Shown here in pieces: positions 41,530 to 55,800 of a DNA stretch of 64,000 bases. Position 1 is the stretch's first letter; every line of letters starts with the position of its first letter. This stretch comes from Eledone cirrhosa (lineage: Eukaryota). The translations under genes were made by a program, and so were the position numbers. Location: assembly GCA_964016885.1 (NCBI GenBank), contig OZ024744.1, forward strand, positions 13,516,001 to 13,580,000, in the 5' to 3' direction. Below the pieces are notes generated by a model that ran no database searches, was not told the origin of the DNA, and was given only the letters and a program-made list of their open reading frames with translations.

Positions 41530-44500
41530 CTAAATTGAGAGATCACAACTCCAATACTATGGACATGGGGTTTGAAAGTCTCAGTAGATTAGAGTGTCAC
41601 TCCAGTTGAAGTTACTCTCTAAATTGAGAGATCACAACTCCAATACTATGGACATGGGGTTTGAATGTCTCAGTAGATCAGAGAGTCGCTCAAGTTAAAG
41701 CCACTCTCTAAATTGAGAGATCACAACTCCAATACTATGGACATGTGGTTAGAATGTCTCAGTAGATCAGAGTGTCACTCCAGTTAAAGCTACTCTCTAA
41801 ATTGAGAGATTACAACTCCCATACTATGGACATGTGGTTAGAACGTCTCAGTAGATTAGAGTGTCATTCCAGTTAAAGCTACTCTCTAAATTGAGAGATC
41901 ACAACTCCCATACTATGGACATGTGGGTAGAATGTCTCAGTAGATCAGAGAGTCACTCCAGTTAAAGCGACTAATTCTCTAAATTGAGAGATCACAACTC
42001 CCATACTATGGACATGTGGTTAGAATGTCTCAGTAGATTAGAGTGTCATTCCAGTTAAAGCTACTCTCTAAATTGAGAGATCAGAACTCCAATACTATGG
42101 ACATGTGGTTAGAATGTCTCAGTAGATCAGAGTGTCACTCCAGTTAAAGCTACTCTCTAAATTGAGAGATTACAACTCCTATACTATGGACATGGGGTTA
42201 GAATGTCTCAGTAGATCAGAGTGTCACTCCAGTTAAAGCCACTCTCTAAATTGAAACATCACAACTCCCATACTATGGACATGTTGTTAGAATGTCTCAG
42301 TAGATCAGAGAGTCACTCCAGTTAAAGCCACTCTCTAAATTGAGAGATCACAACTCCCATACTATGGACATGTTGTTAGAATGTCTCAGTAGATCAGAGA
42401 GTCACTCCAGTTAAATCCACTCTCTAAATTGAGAGATCACAACTCCCATACTATGGACATGTTGTTAGAATGTCTCAGTAGATCGGAGAGTCACTCCAGT
42501 TAAAGCCACTCTCTAAATTGAGAGATCACAACTCCAATACTATGGACATGGGGTTTGAAAGTCTCAGTAGATTAGAGTGTCACTCCAGTTGAAGTTACTC
42601 TCTAAATTGAGAGATCACAACTCCAATACTATGGACATGGGGTTTGAATGTCTCAGTAGATCAGAGAGTCGCTCAAGTTAAAGCCACTCTCTAAATTGAG
42701 AGATCACAACTCCAATACTATGGACATGTGGTTAGAATGTCTCAGTAGATCAGAGTGTCACTCCAGTTAAAGCTACTCTCTAAATTGAGAGATTACAACT
42801 CCCATACTATGGACATGTGGTTAGAATGTCTCAGTAGATCAGAGAGTCACTCCAGTTAAAGCTGCTCTCTAAATTGAGAGATCACAACTCCCATACTATG
42901 GACATGGGGTTTGAATGTCTCACTAGATCAGAGAGTCACTCCAGTTAAAGCTACTCTCTAAATTGAGAGATCACAACTCCAATACTATGGACATGTGGTT
43001 AGAATGTCTCAGTAGATCAGAGAATCATTCCAGTTAAAGCTACTCTCTATATTGAGAGATCACATCTCCCATACTATGGACATGTGGTTAGAATGTCTCA
43101 GTAGAACAGAGAGTCTCTCTTGTTAAAGCTACTCTCTAAATTGGGAGATCACAACTCCATACTATGGACATGTGGTTAGAATCTCTCAGTAGATCAGAGA
43201 GTCATTCCAGTTAAAGCCACTCTCTTAATTGAGAGATCACAACTCCCATACTATGGACGTGTGGTTAGAATGTCTCAGTAGATCAGAGAATCACTCTAGT
43301 TAAAGCTACTCTCTAAATTGAGAGATCACAACTCCCATACTATAGACATGTGGTTAGAATGTCTCAGTGGATCAGAGAGTCACTCCAGTTAAAGCTACTC
43401 TCTAAATTGAGAGATCACAACTCCAATACTATGGACATGGGTTTTGAATGTCTCAGTAGATCAGAGAGTCGCTCAAGTTAAAGCCACTCTCTAAATTGAG
43501 AGATCACAACTCCAATACTATGGACATGTGGTTAGAATGTCTCAGTAGATCAGAGAATCATTCCAGTTAAAGCTACTCTCTATATTGAGAGATCACATCT
43601 CCCATACTATGGACATGTGGTTAGAATGTCTCAGTAGAACAGAGAGTCTCTCTTGTTAAAGCTACTCTCTAAATTGGGAGATCACAACTCCATACTATGG
43701 ACATGTGGTTAGAATCTCTCAGTAGATCAGAGAGTCATTCCAGTTAAAGCCACTCTCTTAATTGAGAGATCACAACTCCCATACTATGGACGTGTGGTTA
43801 GAATGTCTCAGTAGATCAGAGAATCACTCTAGTTAAAGCTACTCTCTAAATTGAGAGATCACAACTCCCATACTATAGACATGTGGTTAGAATGTCTCAG
43901 TGGATCAGAGAGTCACTCCAGTTAAAGCTACTCTCTAAATTGAGAGATCACAACTCCCATACAATGGACATGGGGTTTGAATGTCTCAGTAGATCAGAGT
44001 GTCACTCCAGTTAAAGCTACTCTCTAAATTGAGAGATTACAACTCCTATACTATGGACATGGGGTTAGAATGTCTCAGTAGATCAGAGTGTCACTCCAGT
44101 TAAAGCCACTCTCTAAATTGAAACATCACAACTCCCATACTATGGACATGTTGTTAGAATGTCTCAGTAGATCAGAGAGTCACTCCAGTTAAAGCCACTC
44201 TCTAAATTGAGAGATCACAACCCCAATACTATGGACATGGGGTTTGAAAGTCTCAGTAGATTAGAGTGTCACTCCAGTTAAAGCTTCTCTCTAAATTGAG
44301 ATATCACAACTCCAATACTATGGACATGGGGTTTGAATGTCTCAGTAGATCAGAGAGTCGCTCAAGTTAAAGCCACTCTCTAAATTGAGAGATCACAACT
44401 CCAATACTATGGACATGTGGTTAGAATGTCTCAGTAGATCAGAGTGTCACTCCAGTTAAAGCTACTCTCTAAATTGAGAGATCACATCTCACATACTATG

Positions 44501-47500
44501 GACATGTGGTTAGAATGTCTCAGTAGATCAGAGAGTCACTCCAGTTAAAGCTGCTCTCTAAATTGAGAGATCACAACTCCCATACTATGGACATGGGGTT
44601 TGAATGTCTCACTAGATCAGAGAGTCACTCCAGTTAAAGCTACTCTCTAAATTGAGAGATCACAACTCCAATACTATGGACATGTGGTTAGAATGTCTCA
44701 GTAGATCAGAGAATCATTCCAGTTAAAGCTACTCTCTATATTGAGAGATCACATCTCCCATACTATGGACATGTGGTTAGAATGTCTCAGTAGAACAGAG
44801 AGTCTCTCTTGTTAAAGCTACTCTCTAAATTGGGAGATCACAACTCCATACTATGGACATGTGGTTAGAATCTCTCAGTAGATCAGAGAGTCATTCCAGT
44901 TAAAGCCACTCTCTAAATTGAGAGATCACAACTCCCATACTATGGACGTGTGGTTAGAATGTCTCAGTAGATCAGAGAATCACTCTAGTTAAAGCTACTC
45001 TCTAAATTGAGAGATCACAACTCCCATACTATAGACATGTGGTTAGAATGTCTCAGTGGATCAGAGAGTCACTCCAGTTAAAGCTACTCTCTAAATTGAG
45101 AGATCACAACTCCAATACTATGGACATGGGTTTTGAAAGTCTCAGTAGATCAGAGAGTCGCTCAAGTTAAAGCCACTCTCTAAATTGAGAGACCACAACT
45201 CCAATAGTATGGACATGTGGTTAGAATGTCTCAGTAGATCAGAGTGTCAGTCCAGTTAAAGCCACTCTCTAAATTGAGAGATCACAACTCCAATACTATG
45301 GACATGGGGTTTGAAAGTCTCAGTAGATTAGAGTGTCACTCCAGTTGAAGTTACTCTCTAAATTGAGAGATCACAACTCCAATACTATGGACATGGGGTT
45401 TGAATGTCTCAGTAGATCAGAGAGTCGCTCAAGTTAAAGCCACTCTCTAAATTGAGAGATCACAACTCCAATACTATGGACATGTGGTTAGAATGTCTCA
45501 GTAGATCAGAGTGTCACTCCAGTTAAAGCTACTCTCTAAATTGAGAGATTACAACTCCCATACTATGGACATGTGGTTAGAACGTCTCAGTAGATTAGAG
45601 TGTCATTCCAGTTAAAGCTACTCTCTAAATTGAGAGATCACAACTCCCATACTATGGACATGTGGGTAGAATGTCTCAGTAGATCAGAGAGTCACTCCAG
45701 TTAAAGCGACTAATTCTCTAAATTGAGAGATCACAACTCCCATACTATGGACATGTGGTTAGAATGTCTCAGTAGATTAGAGTGTCATTCCAGTTAAAGC
45801 TACTCTCTAAATTGAGAGATCAGAACTCCAATACTATGGACATGTGGTTAGAATGTCTCAGTAGATCAGAGTGTCACTCCAGTTAAAGCTACTCTCTAAA
45901 TTGAGAGATTACAACTCCTATACTATGGACATGGGGTTAGAATGTCTCAGTAGATCAGAGTGTCACTCCAGTTAAAGCCACTCTCTAAATTGAAACATCA
46001 CAACTCCCATACTATGGACATGTTGTTAGAATGTCTCAGTAGATCAGAGAGTCACTCCAGTTAAAGCCACTCTCTAAATTGAGAGATCACAACTCCCATA
46101 CTATGGACATGTTGTTAGAATGTCTCAGTAGATCAGAGAGTCACTCCAGTTAAAGCCACTCTCTAAATTGAGAGATCACAACTCCCATACTATGGACATG
46201 TTGTTAGAATGTCTCAGTAGATCGGAGAGTCACTCCAGTTAAAGCCACTCTCTAAATTGAGAGATCACAACTCCAATACTATGGACATGGGGTTTGAAAG
46301 TCTCAGTAGATTAGAGTGTCACTCCAGTTGAAGTTACTCTCTAAATTGAGAGATCACAACTCCAATACTATGGACATGGGGTTTGAATGTCTCAGTAGAT
46401 CAGAGAGTCGCTCAAGTTAAAGCCACTCTCTAAATTGAGAGATCACAACTCCAATACTATGGACATGTGGTTAGAATGTCTCAGTAGATCAGAGTGTCAC
46501 TCCAGTTAAAGCTACTCTCTAAATTGAGAGATTACAACTCCCATACTATGGACATGTGGTTAGAATGTCTCAGTAGATCAGAGAGTCACTCCAGTTAAAG
46601 CTGCTCTCTAAATTGAGAGATCACAACTCCCATACTATGGACATGGGGTTTGAATGTCTCACTAGATCAGAGAGTCACTCCAGTTAAAGCTACTCTCTAA
46701 ATTGAGAGATCACAACTCCAATACTATGGACATGTGGTTAGAATGTCTCAGTAGATCAGAGAATCATTCCAGTTAAAGCTACTCTCTATATTGAGAGATC
46801 ACATCTCCCATACTATGGACATGTGGTTAGAATGTCTCAGTAGAACAGAGAGTCTCTCTTGTTAAAGCTACTCTCTAAATTGGGAGATCACAACTCCATA
46901 CTATGGACATGTGGTTAGAATCTCTCAGTAGATCAGAGAGTCATTCCAGTTAAAGCCACTCTCTAAATTGAGAGATCACAACTCCCATACTATGGACGTG
47001 TGGTTAGAATGTCTCAGTAGATCAGAGAGTCGCTCAAGTTAAAGCCACTCTCTAAATTGAGAGACCACAACTCCAATAGTATGGACATGTGGTTAGAATG
47101 TCTCAGTAGATCAGAGTGTCAGTCCAGTTAAAGCCACTCTCTAAATTGAGAGATCACAACTTCCATACTATGGACATGTGGTCAGAATGTCTCAGTAGAT
47201 CAGAGAGTCACTCCAGTTAAAGCTACTCTCTAAATTGAGAGATCACAACTCCCATACAATGGACATGGGGTTTGAATGTCTCAGTAGATCAGAGTGTCAC
47301 TCCAGTTAAAGCTACTCTCTAAATTGAGAGATTACAACTCCTATACTATGGACATGGGGTTAGAATGTCTCAGTAGATCAGAGTGTCACTCCAGTTAAAG
47401 CCACTCTCTAAATTGAAACATCACAACTCCCATACTATGGACATGTTGTTAGAATGTCTCAGTAGATCAGAGAGTCACTCCAGTTAAAGCCACTCTCTAA

Positions 47501-48570
47501 ATTGAGAGATCACAACCCCAATACTATGGACATGGGGTTTGAAAGTCTCAGTAGATTAGAGTGTCACTCCAGTTAAAGCTTCTCTCTAAATTGAGATATC
47601 ACAACTCCAATACTATGGACATGGGGTTTGAATGTCTCAGTAGATCAGAGAGTCGCTCGAGTTAAAGCCACTCTCTAAATTGAGAGATCACAACTCCAAT
47701 ACTATGGACATGTGGTTAGAATGTCTCAGTAGATCAGAGTGTCACTCCAGTTAAAGCTACTCTCTAAATTGAGAGATCACATCTCACATACTATGGACAT
47801 GTGGTTAGAATGTCTCAGTAGATCAGAGAGTCACTCCAGTTAAAGCTGCTCTCTAAATTGAGAGATCACAACTCCCATACTATGGACATGGGGTTTGAAT
47901 GTCTCACTAGATCAGAGAGTCACTCCAGTTAAAGCTACTCTCTAAATTGAGAGATCACAACTCCAATACTATGGACATGTGGTTAGAATGTCTCAGTAGA
48001 TCAGAGAATCATTCCAGTTAAAGCTACTCTCTATATTGAGAGATCACATCTCCCATACTATGGACATGTGGTTAGAATGTCTCAGTAGAACAGAGAGTCT
48101 CTCTTGTTAAAGCTACTCTCTAAATTGGGAGATCACAACTCCATACTATGGACATGTGGTTAGAATCTCTCAGTAGATCAGAGAGTCATTCCAGTTAAAG
48201 CCACTCTCTAAATTGAGAGATCACAACTCCCATACTATGGACGTGTGGTTAGAATGTCTCAGTAGATCAGAGAATCACTCTAGTTAAAGCTACTCTCTAA
48301 ATTGAGAGATCACAACTCCCATACTATAGACATGTGGTTAGAATGTCTCAGTGGATCAGAGAGTCACTCCAGTTAAAGCTACTCTCTAAATTGAGAGATC
48401 ACAACTCCAATACTATGGACATGGGTTTTGAAAGTCTCAGTAGATCAGAGAGTCGCTCAAGTTAAAGCCACTCTCTAAATTGAGAGACCACAACTCCAAT
48501 AGTATGGACATGTGGTTAGAATGTCTCAGTAGATCAGAGTGTCAGTCCAGTTAAAGCCACTCTCTAAATT
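41530..48570. repeat. Imperfect tandem duplication of an about 42-monomer block (second copy about 37 monomers); the first copy contains an internal repeat at a 6-monomer offset
   Basis: GCGACTAATT 41967/45706 (offset 3739 = 42x89+1); GACCACAAC...GTCAGTCC 45191/48486 (offset 3295); internal GTAGAAC at 43101/43634 (offset 533 = 6x89-1). Confidence 0.8.
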
Positions 48571-51500
48571 GAGAGATCACAACTTCCATACTATGGACAT
48601 GTGGTCAGAATGTCTCAGTAGATCAGAGAGTCACTCCAGTTAAAGCTACTCTCTAAATTGAGAGATCACAACTCCCATACAATGGACATGGGGTTTGAAT
48701 GTCTCAGTAGATCAGAGTGTCACTCCAGTTAAAGCTACTCTCTAAATTGAGAGATCACAACTGCCATACTATGGACATGTGGTTAGAATGTCTCAGTAGA
48801 TCAGAGAGGCACTCCAGTTACAGCTACTCTCTAAATTGAGAGATCACAACTCCCATAATATGGACATGTGGTTAGAATGTCTCAGTAGATCAGAGAGTCA
48901 CTCCAGTTAAAGCTACTCTCTAAATTGAGAGATCACAACTCCCATAGTATGGACATGTGGTTAGAATGTCTCAGTAGATCAGAGAGTCACTCCAGTTAAA
49001 GCCACTCTCTAAATTGAGAGATCACAACTCCCATACTATGGACATTTGGTGAGAATGTCTCAGTAGATCAGAGTGTCACTCCAGTTAAAGCTACTCTCTA
49101 AATTGAGAGATTACAACTCCCATACTATGGACATGTGGTTAGAACGTCTCAGTAGATTAGAGTGTCATTCCAGTTAAAGCTACTCTCTAAATTGAGAGAT
49201 CACAACTTCCATACTATGGACATGTGGTTAGAATGTCTCAGTAGATCAGAGAATCACTTCAGTTGAAGTTACTCTCTAAATTGAGATATCACAACTCCAA
49301 TACTATGGACATGGGGTTTGAATGTCTCAGTAGATCAGAGAGTCGCTCAAGTTAAAGCCACTCTCTAAATTGAGAGATCACAACTCCAATACTATGGACA
49401 TGTGGTTAGAATGTCTCAGTAGATCAGAGTGTCACTCCAGTTAAAGCTACTCTCTAAATTGAGAGATCACAACTCCAATAGTATGGTCTAGGGTTTGAAT
49501 GTCTCAGTAGATCAGAGTGTCAATCCAGTTAAAGTTACTCTCTAAATTGAGAGATCACAACTCCAATAATATGGACATGTGGTTAGAATGTCTCAGTAGA
49601 TCAGAAAGTCACTCCAGTTAAAGCTACACTCTAAATTGAGAGATCACAACTCCCATACTATGGATATGTGGTTAGAATGTCTCAGTAGATTAGAGTGTCA
49701 ATCCAGTTAAAGCTACTCTCTAAATTGAGAGATCACAACTCCCATACTATGGACATGAGGGTAGAATGTCTCAGTAGATCAGAGAGTCACTCCAGTTAAA
49801 GCCACTAATTCTCTAAATTGAGAGATCACAACTCCCATACTATGGACATGTGGTTAGAATGTCTCAGTAGATCAGAGAGTCACTCCAGTTAAGCCACTCT
49901 CTAAATTGAGAGATCACAACTTCAATACTATGGACATGTGGTTAGAATGTCTCAGTAGATCAGAGAGTCACTCCAGTTAAAGCTACTCACTAAATTGAGA
50001 GATCACAACTCCCATACCATGGACATGGGGTTTGAATGTCTCAGTAGATCAGAGATTCACTCCAGTTAAAGCCACTCTCTAAATTGAGAGATCACAACTC
50101 CAATACTATGGACATGTGGTTAGAATGTCTCAGTAGATCAGAGAGTCACTCCAGTTAAAGCTACTCACTAAATTGAGAGATCACAACTCCCATACCATGG
50201 ACATGGGGTTTGAATGTCTCAGTAGATCAGAGATTCACTCCAGTTAAAGCCACTCTCTAAATTGAGAGATCACAACTCCAATACTATGGACATGTGGTTA
50301 GAATGTCTCAGTAGATCAGAGTGTCACTCCAGTTTAAGCCACTCTCTAAATTGAGGGATCACAACTCCCATACTATGGACATGTTGTTAGAATGTCTCAG
50401 TAGATCGGAGAGTCACTCCAGTTAAAGCCACTCTCTAAATTGAGAGATCACAACTCCAATACTATGGACATGGGGTTTGAAAGTCTCAGTAGATTAGAGT
50501 GTCACTCCAGTTGAAGTTACTCTCTAAATTGAGAGATCACAACTCCAATACTATGGACATGGGGTTTGAATGTCTCAGTAGATCAGAGAGTCGCTCAAGT
50601 TAAAGCTACTCTCTAAATTGAGAGATTACAACTCCCATACTATGGACATGTGGTTAGAACGTCTCAGTAGATTAGAGTGTCATTCCAGTTAAAGCTACTC
50701 TCTAAATTGAGAGATCACAACTCCCATACTATGGACATGTGGGTAGAATGTCTCAGTAGATCAGAGAATCACTCCAGTTAAAGCGACTAATTCTCTAAAT
50801 TGAGAGATCACAACTCCCATACTATGGACATGTGGTTAGAATGTCTCAGTAGATTAGAGTGTCATTCCAGTTAAAGCTACTCTCTAAATTGAGAGATCAG
50901 AACTCCAATACTATGGACATGTGGTTAGAATGTCTCAGTAGATCAGAGTGTCACTCCAGTTAAAGCTACTCTCTAAATTGAGAGATTACAACTCCTATAC
51001 TATGGACATGGGGTTAGAATGTCTCAGTAGATCAGAGTGTCACTCCAGTTAAAGCCACTCTCTAAATTGAAACATCACAACTCCCATACTATGGACATGT
51101 TGTTAGAATGTCTCAGTAGATCAGAGAGTCACTCCAGTTAAAGCCACTCTCTAAATTGAGAGATCACAACCCCAATACTATGGACATGGGGTTTGAAAGT
51201 CTCAGTAGATTAGAGTGTCACTCCAGTTAAAGCTTCTCTCTAAATTGAGATATCACAACTCCAATACTATGGACATGGGGTTTGAATGTCTCAGTAGATC
51301 AGAGAGTCGCTCAAGTTAAAGCCACTCTCTAAATTGAGAGATCACAACTCCAATACTATGGACATGTGGTTAGAATGTCTCAGTAGATCAGAGTGTCACT
51401 CCAGTTAAAGCTACTCTCTAAATTGAGAGATCACATCTCACATACTATGGACATGTGGTTAGAATGTCTCAGTAGATCAGAGAGTCACTCCAGTTACAGC

Positions 51501-52849
51501 TGCTCTCTAAATTGAGAGATCACAACTCCCATACTATGGACATGGGGTTTGAATGTCTCACTAGATCAGAGAGTCACTCCAGTTAAAGCTACTCTCTAAA
51601 TTGAGAGATCACAACTCCAATACTATGGACATGTGGTTAGAATGTCTCAGTAGATCAGAGAATCATTCCAGTTAAAGCTACTCTCTATATTGAGAGATCA
51701 CATCTCCCATACTATGGACATGTGGTTAGAATGTCTCAGTAGAACAGAGAGTCTCTCTTGTTAAAGCTACTCTCTAAATTGGGAGATCACAACTGCATAC
51801 TATGGACATGTGGTTAGAATCTCTCAGTAGATCAGAGAGTCATTCCAGTTAAAGCCACTCTCTAAATTGAGAGATCACAACTCCCATACTATGGACGTGT
51901 GGTTAGAATGTCTCAGTAGATCAGAGAATCACTCTAGTTAAAGCTACTCTCTAAATTGAGAGATCACAACTCCCATACTATAGACATGTGGTTAGAATGT
52001 CTCAGTGGATCAGAGAGTCACTCCAGTTAAAGCTACTCTCTAAATTGAGAGATCACAACTCCAATACTATGGACATGGGTTTTGAATGTCTCAGTAGATC
52101 AGAGAGTCGCTCAAGTTAAAGCCACTCTCTAAATTGAGAGACCACAACTCCAATAGTATGGACATGTGGTTAGAATGTCTCAGTAGATCAGAGTGTCAGT
52201 CCAGTTATAGCCACTCTCTAAATTGAGAGATCACAACTTCCATACTATGGACATGTGGTCAGAATGTCTCAGTAGATCAGAGAGTCACTCCAGTTAAAGC
52301 TACTCTCTAAATTGAGAGATCACAACTCCCATACAATGGACATGGGGTTTGAATGTCTCAGTAGATCAGAGTGTCACTCCAGTTAAAGCTACTCTCTAAA
52401 TTGAGAGATCACAACTCCCATACTATGGACATGTGGTTAGAATGTCTCAGTAGATCAGAGAGGCACTCCAGTTACAGCTACTCTCTAAATTGAGAGATCA
52501 CAACTCCCATACTATGGACATGTGGTTAGAATGTCTCAGTAGATCAGAGAGTCACTCCAGTTAAAGCTACTCTCTAAATTGAGAGATCACAACTCCCATA
52601 GTATGGACATGTGGTTAGAATGTCTCAGTAGATCAGAGAGTCACTCCAGTTAAAGCCACTCTCTAAATTGAGAGATCACAACTCCCATACTATGGACATT
52701 TGGTGAGAATGTCTCAGTAGATCAGAGAGTCACTCCAGTTAAAGCTACTCTCTAAATTGAGAGTTCACAACTCCTATACTATGGACATGGGTTTAGAATG
52801 TCTCAGTAGATCAGAGTGTCACTCCAGATAAAGCCACTCTCTAAATTGA

Positions 52850-55800
52850 GAGATCACAACTCCAATACTATGGACATGGGTTTTGAATGTCTCAGTAGAT
52901 CAGAGAGTCGCTCAAGTTAAAGCCACTCTCTAAATTGAGAGACCACAACTCCAATAGTATGGACATGTGGTTAGAATGTCTCAGTAGATCAGAGTGTCAC
53001 TCCAGTTAAAGCCACTCTCTAAATTGAGAGATCACAACTTCCATACTATGGACATGTGGTCAGAATGTCTCAGTAGATCAGAGAGTCACTCCAGTTAAAG
53101 CTACTCTCTAAATTGAGAGATCACGACTCCCATACAATGGACATGGGGTTTGAACGTCTCAGTAGATCAGAGAGTCACTCCAGTTAAAGCCACTCTCTAA
53201 ATTCAGAGATCACAACTCCAATACTATGGACATGGGGTTTGAATGTCTCAGTAGATCAGAGAGTCGCTCAAGTTAAAGCCACTCTCTAAATTGAGAGATC
53301 ACAACTCCAATACTATGGACATGTGGCTAGAATGTCTCAGTAGATCAGAGAGTCATTTCAGTTAAAGCCACTCTCTAAATTAAGAGATCACAACTTCCAT
53401 ACTATGGACATGTGGTTAGAATGTCTCAGTAGATCAGAGAGTCACTCCAGTTAAAGCCACTCTCTAAATTGAGAGATCACAACTCCAATACTATGGTCAT
53501 GTGGTTAGAATGTCTCAGTAGTTCAGAGACTCACTCCAGTTAAAGCCACTCTCTAAATTCAGAGATCACAACACCAACACTATGGACATGGGCTTTGAAT
53601 ATCTCAGTAGATCAGAGTGTCACTCCAGTTAAAGTTACTCTCTAAATTGAGAGATCACAACTCCAATAATATGGACATGGGGTTCGAATGTCTCAGTAGA
53701 TCAGAGAGTCACTCCAGTTAAAGCTAATCTCTAAATTGAGAGATCACAACTCCCGTACTATGGACGTGTGGTTAGAATGTCTCAGTTGATTAGAGAATCA
53801 CTCCAGTTAAAGCTACTCTCTAAATTGAGAGATCACATCTCCCATACTATGGACATGTGGTTAGAATGTCTCAGTAGATCAGGGAGTCATTCTTGTTAAA
53901 GCTACTCTCTAAATTGAGAGATCACAACTCCCATACTATGGACATGTGGTTAGAATGTCTCAGTAGATTAGAGTGTCAATCCAGTTAAAGCTACTCTCTA
54001 AATTGAGAGATCACAACTCCCATACTATGGACATGTGGGTAGAATGTCTCAGTAGATCAGAGAGTCACTCCAGTTAAAGCCACTAATTCTCTAAATTGAG
54101 AGATCACAACTCCCATACTATGGACATGTGGGTAGAATGTCTCAGTAGATCAGAGAGTCACTCCAGTTAAAGCCACTAATTCTCTAAATTGAGAAATCAC
54201 AACTTCAATACTATGGACATGTGGTTAGAATGTCTCAGTAGATCAGAGAGTCACTCCAGTTAAAGCTACTCACTAAATTGAGAGATCACAACTCCCATAC
54301 CATGGACATGGGGTTTGAATGTCTCAGTAGATCAGAGATTCACTCCAGTTAAAGCCACTCTCTAAATTGAGAGATCACAACTCCAATACTATGGACATGT
54401 GGTTAGAATGTCTCAGTAGATCAGAGAGGTACTCCAGTTAAAGCTACACTCTAAATTGAGAGATCACAACTCCTATGCTATGGACATGGGGTTAGAATGT
54501 CTCAGTAGATCAGAGTGTCACTCCAGTTTAAGCCACTCTCTAAATAGAGGGATCACAACTCCCATACTATGGACATGTTGTTAGAATGTCTCAGTAGATC
54601 AGAGAGTCACTCCAGTTAAAGCCACTCTCTAAATTGAGAGATCACAACTCCAATACTATGGACATGGGGTTTGAAAGTCTCAGTAGATTAGAGTGTCACT
54701 CCAGTTGAAGCTACTCTCTAAATTGAGAGATCACAACTCCAATACTATGGACATGGGGTTTGAATGTCTCAGTAGATCAGAGAGTCGCTCAAGTTAAAGC
54801 CACTCTCTAAATTGAGAGATCACAACTCCAATACTATGGACATGTGGTTAGAATGTCTCAGTAGATCAGAGTGTCACTCCAGTTAAAGCTACTCTCTAAA
54901 TTGAGAGATTACAACTCCCATACTATGGACATGTGGTTAGAACGTCTCAGTAGATTAGAGTGTCATTCCAGTTAAAGCTACTCTCTAAATTGAGAGATCA
55001 CAACTCCCATACTATGGACATGTGGGTAGAATGTCTCAGTAGATCAGAGAGTCACTCCAGTTAAAGCGACTAATTCTCTAAATTGAGAGATCACAACTCC
55101 CATACTATGGACATGTGGTTAGAATGTCTCAGTAGATTAGAGTGTCATTCCAGTTAAAGCTACTCTCTAAATTGAGAGATCACAACTCCAATACTATGGA
55201 CATGTGGTTAGAATGTCTCAGTAGATCAGAGTGTCACTCCAGTTAAAGCTACTCTCTAAATTGAGAGATTACAACTCCTATACTATGGACATGGGGTTAG
55301 AATGTCTCAGTAGATCAGAGTGTCACTCCAGTTAAAGCCACTCTCTAAATTGAAACATCACAACTCCCATACTATGGACATGTTGTTAGAATGTCTCAGT
55401 AGATCAGAGAGTCACTCCAGTTAAAGCCACTCTCTAAATTGAGAGATCACAACCCCAATACTATGGACATGGGGTTTGAAAGTCTCAGTAGATTAGAGTG
55501 TCACTCCAGTTAAAGCTTCTCTCTAAATTGAGATATCACAACTCCAATACTATGGACATGGGGTTTGAATGTCTCAGTAGATCAGAGAGTCGCTCAAGTT
55601 AAAGCCACTCTCTAAATTGAGAGATCACAACTCCAATACTATGGACATGTGGTTAGAATGTCTCAGTAGATCAGAGTGTCACTCCAGTTAAAGCTACTCT
55701 CTAAATTGAGAGATCACATCTCCCATACTATGGACATGTGGTTAGAATGTCTCAGTAGATCAGAGAGTCACTCCAGTTAAAGCTGCTCTCTAAATTGAGA

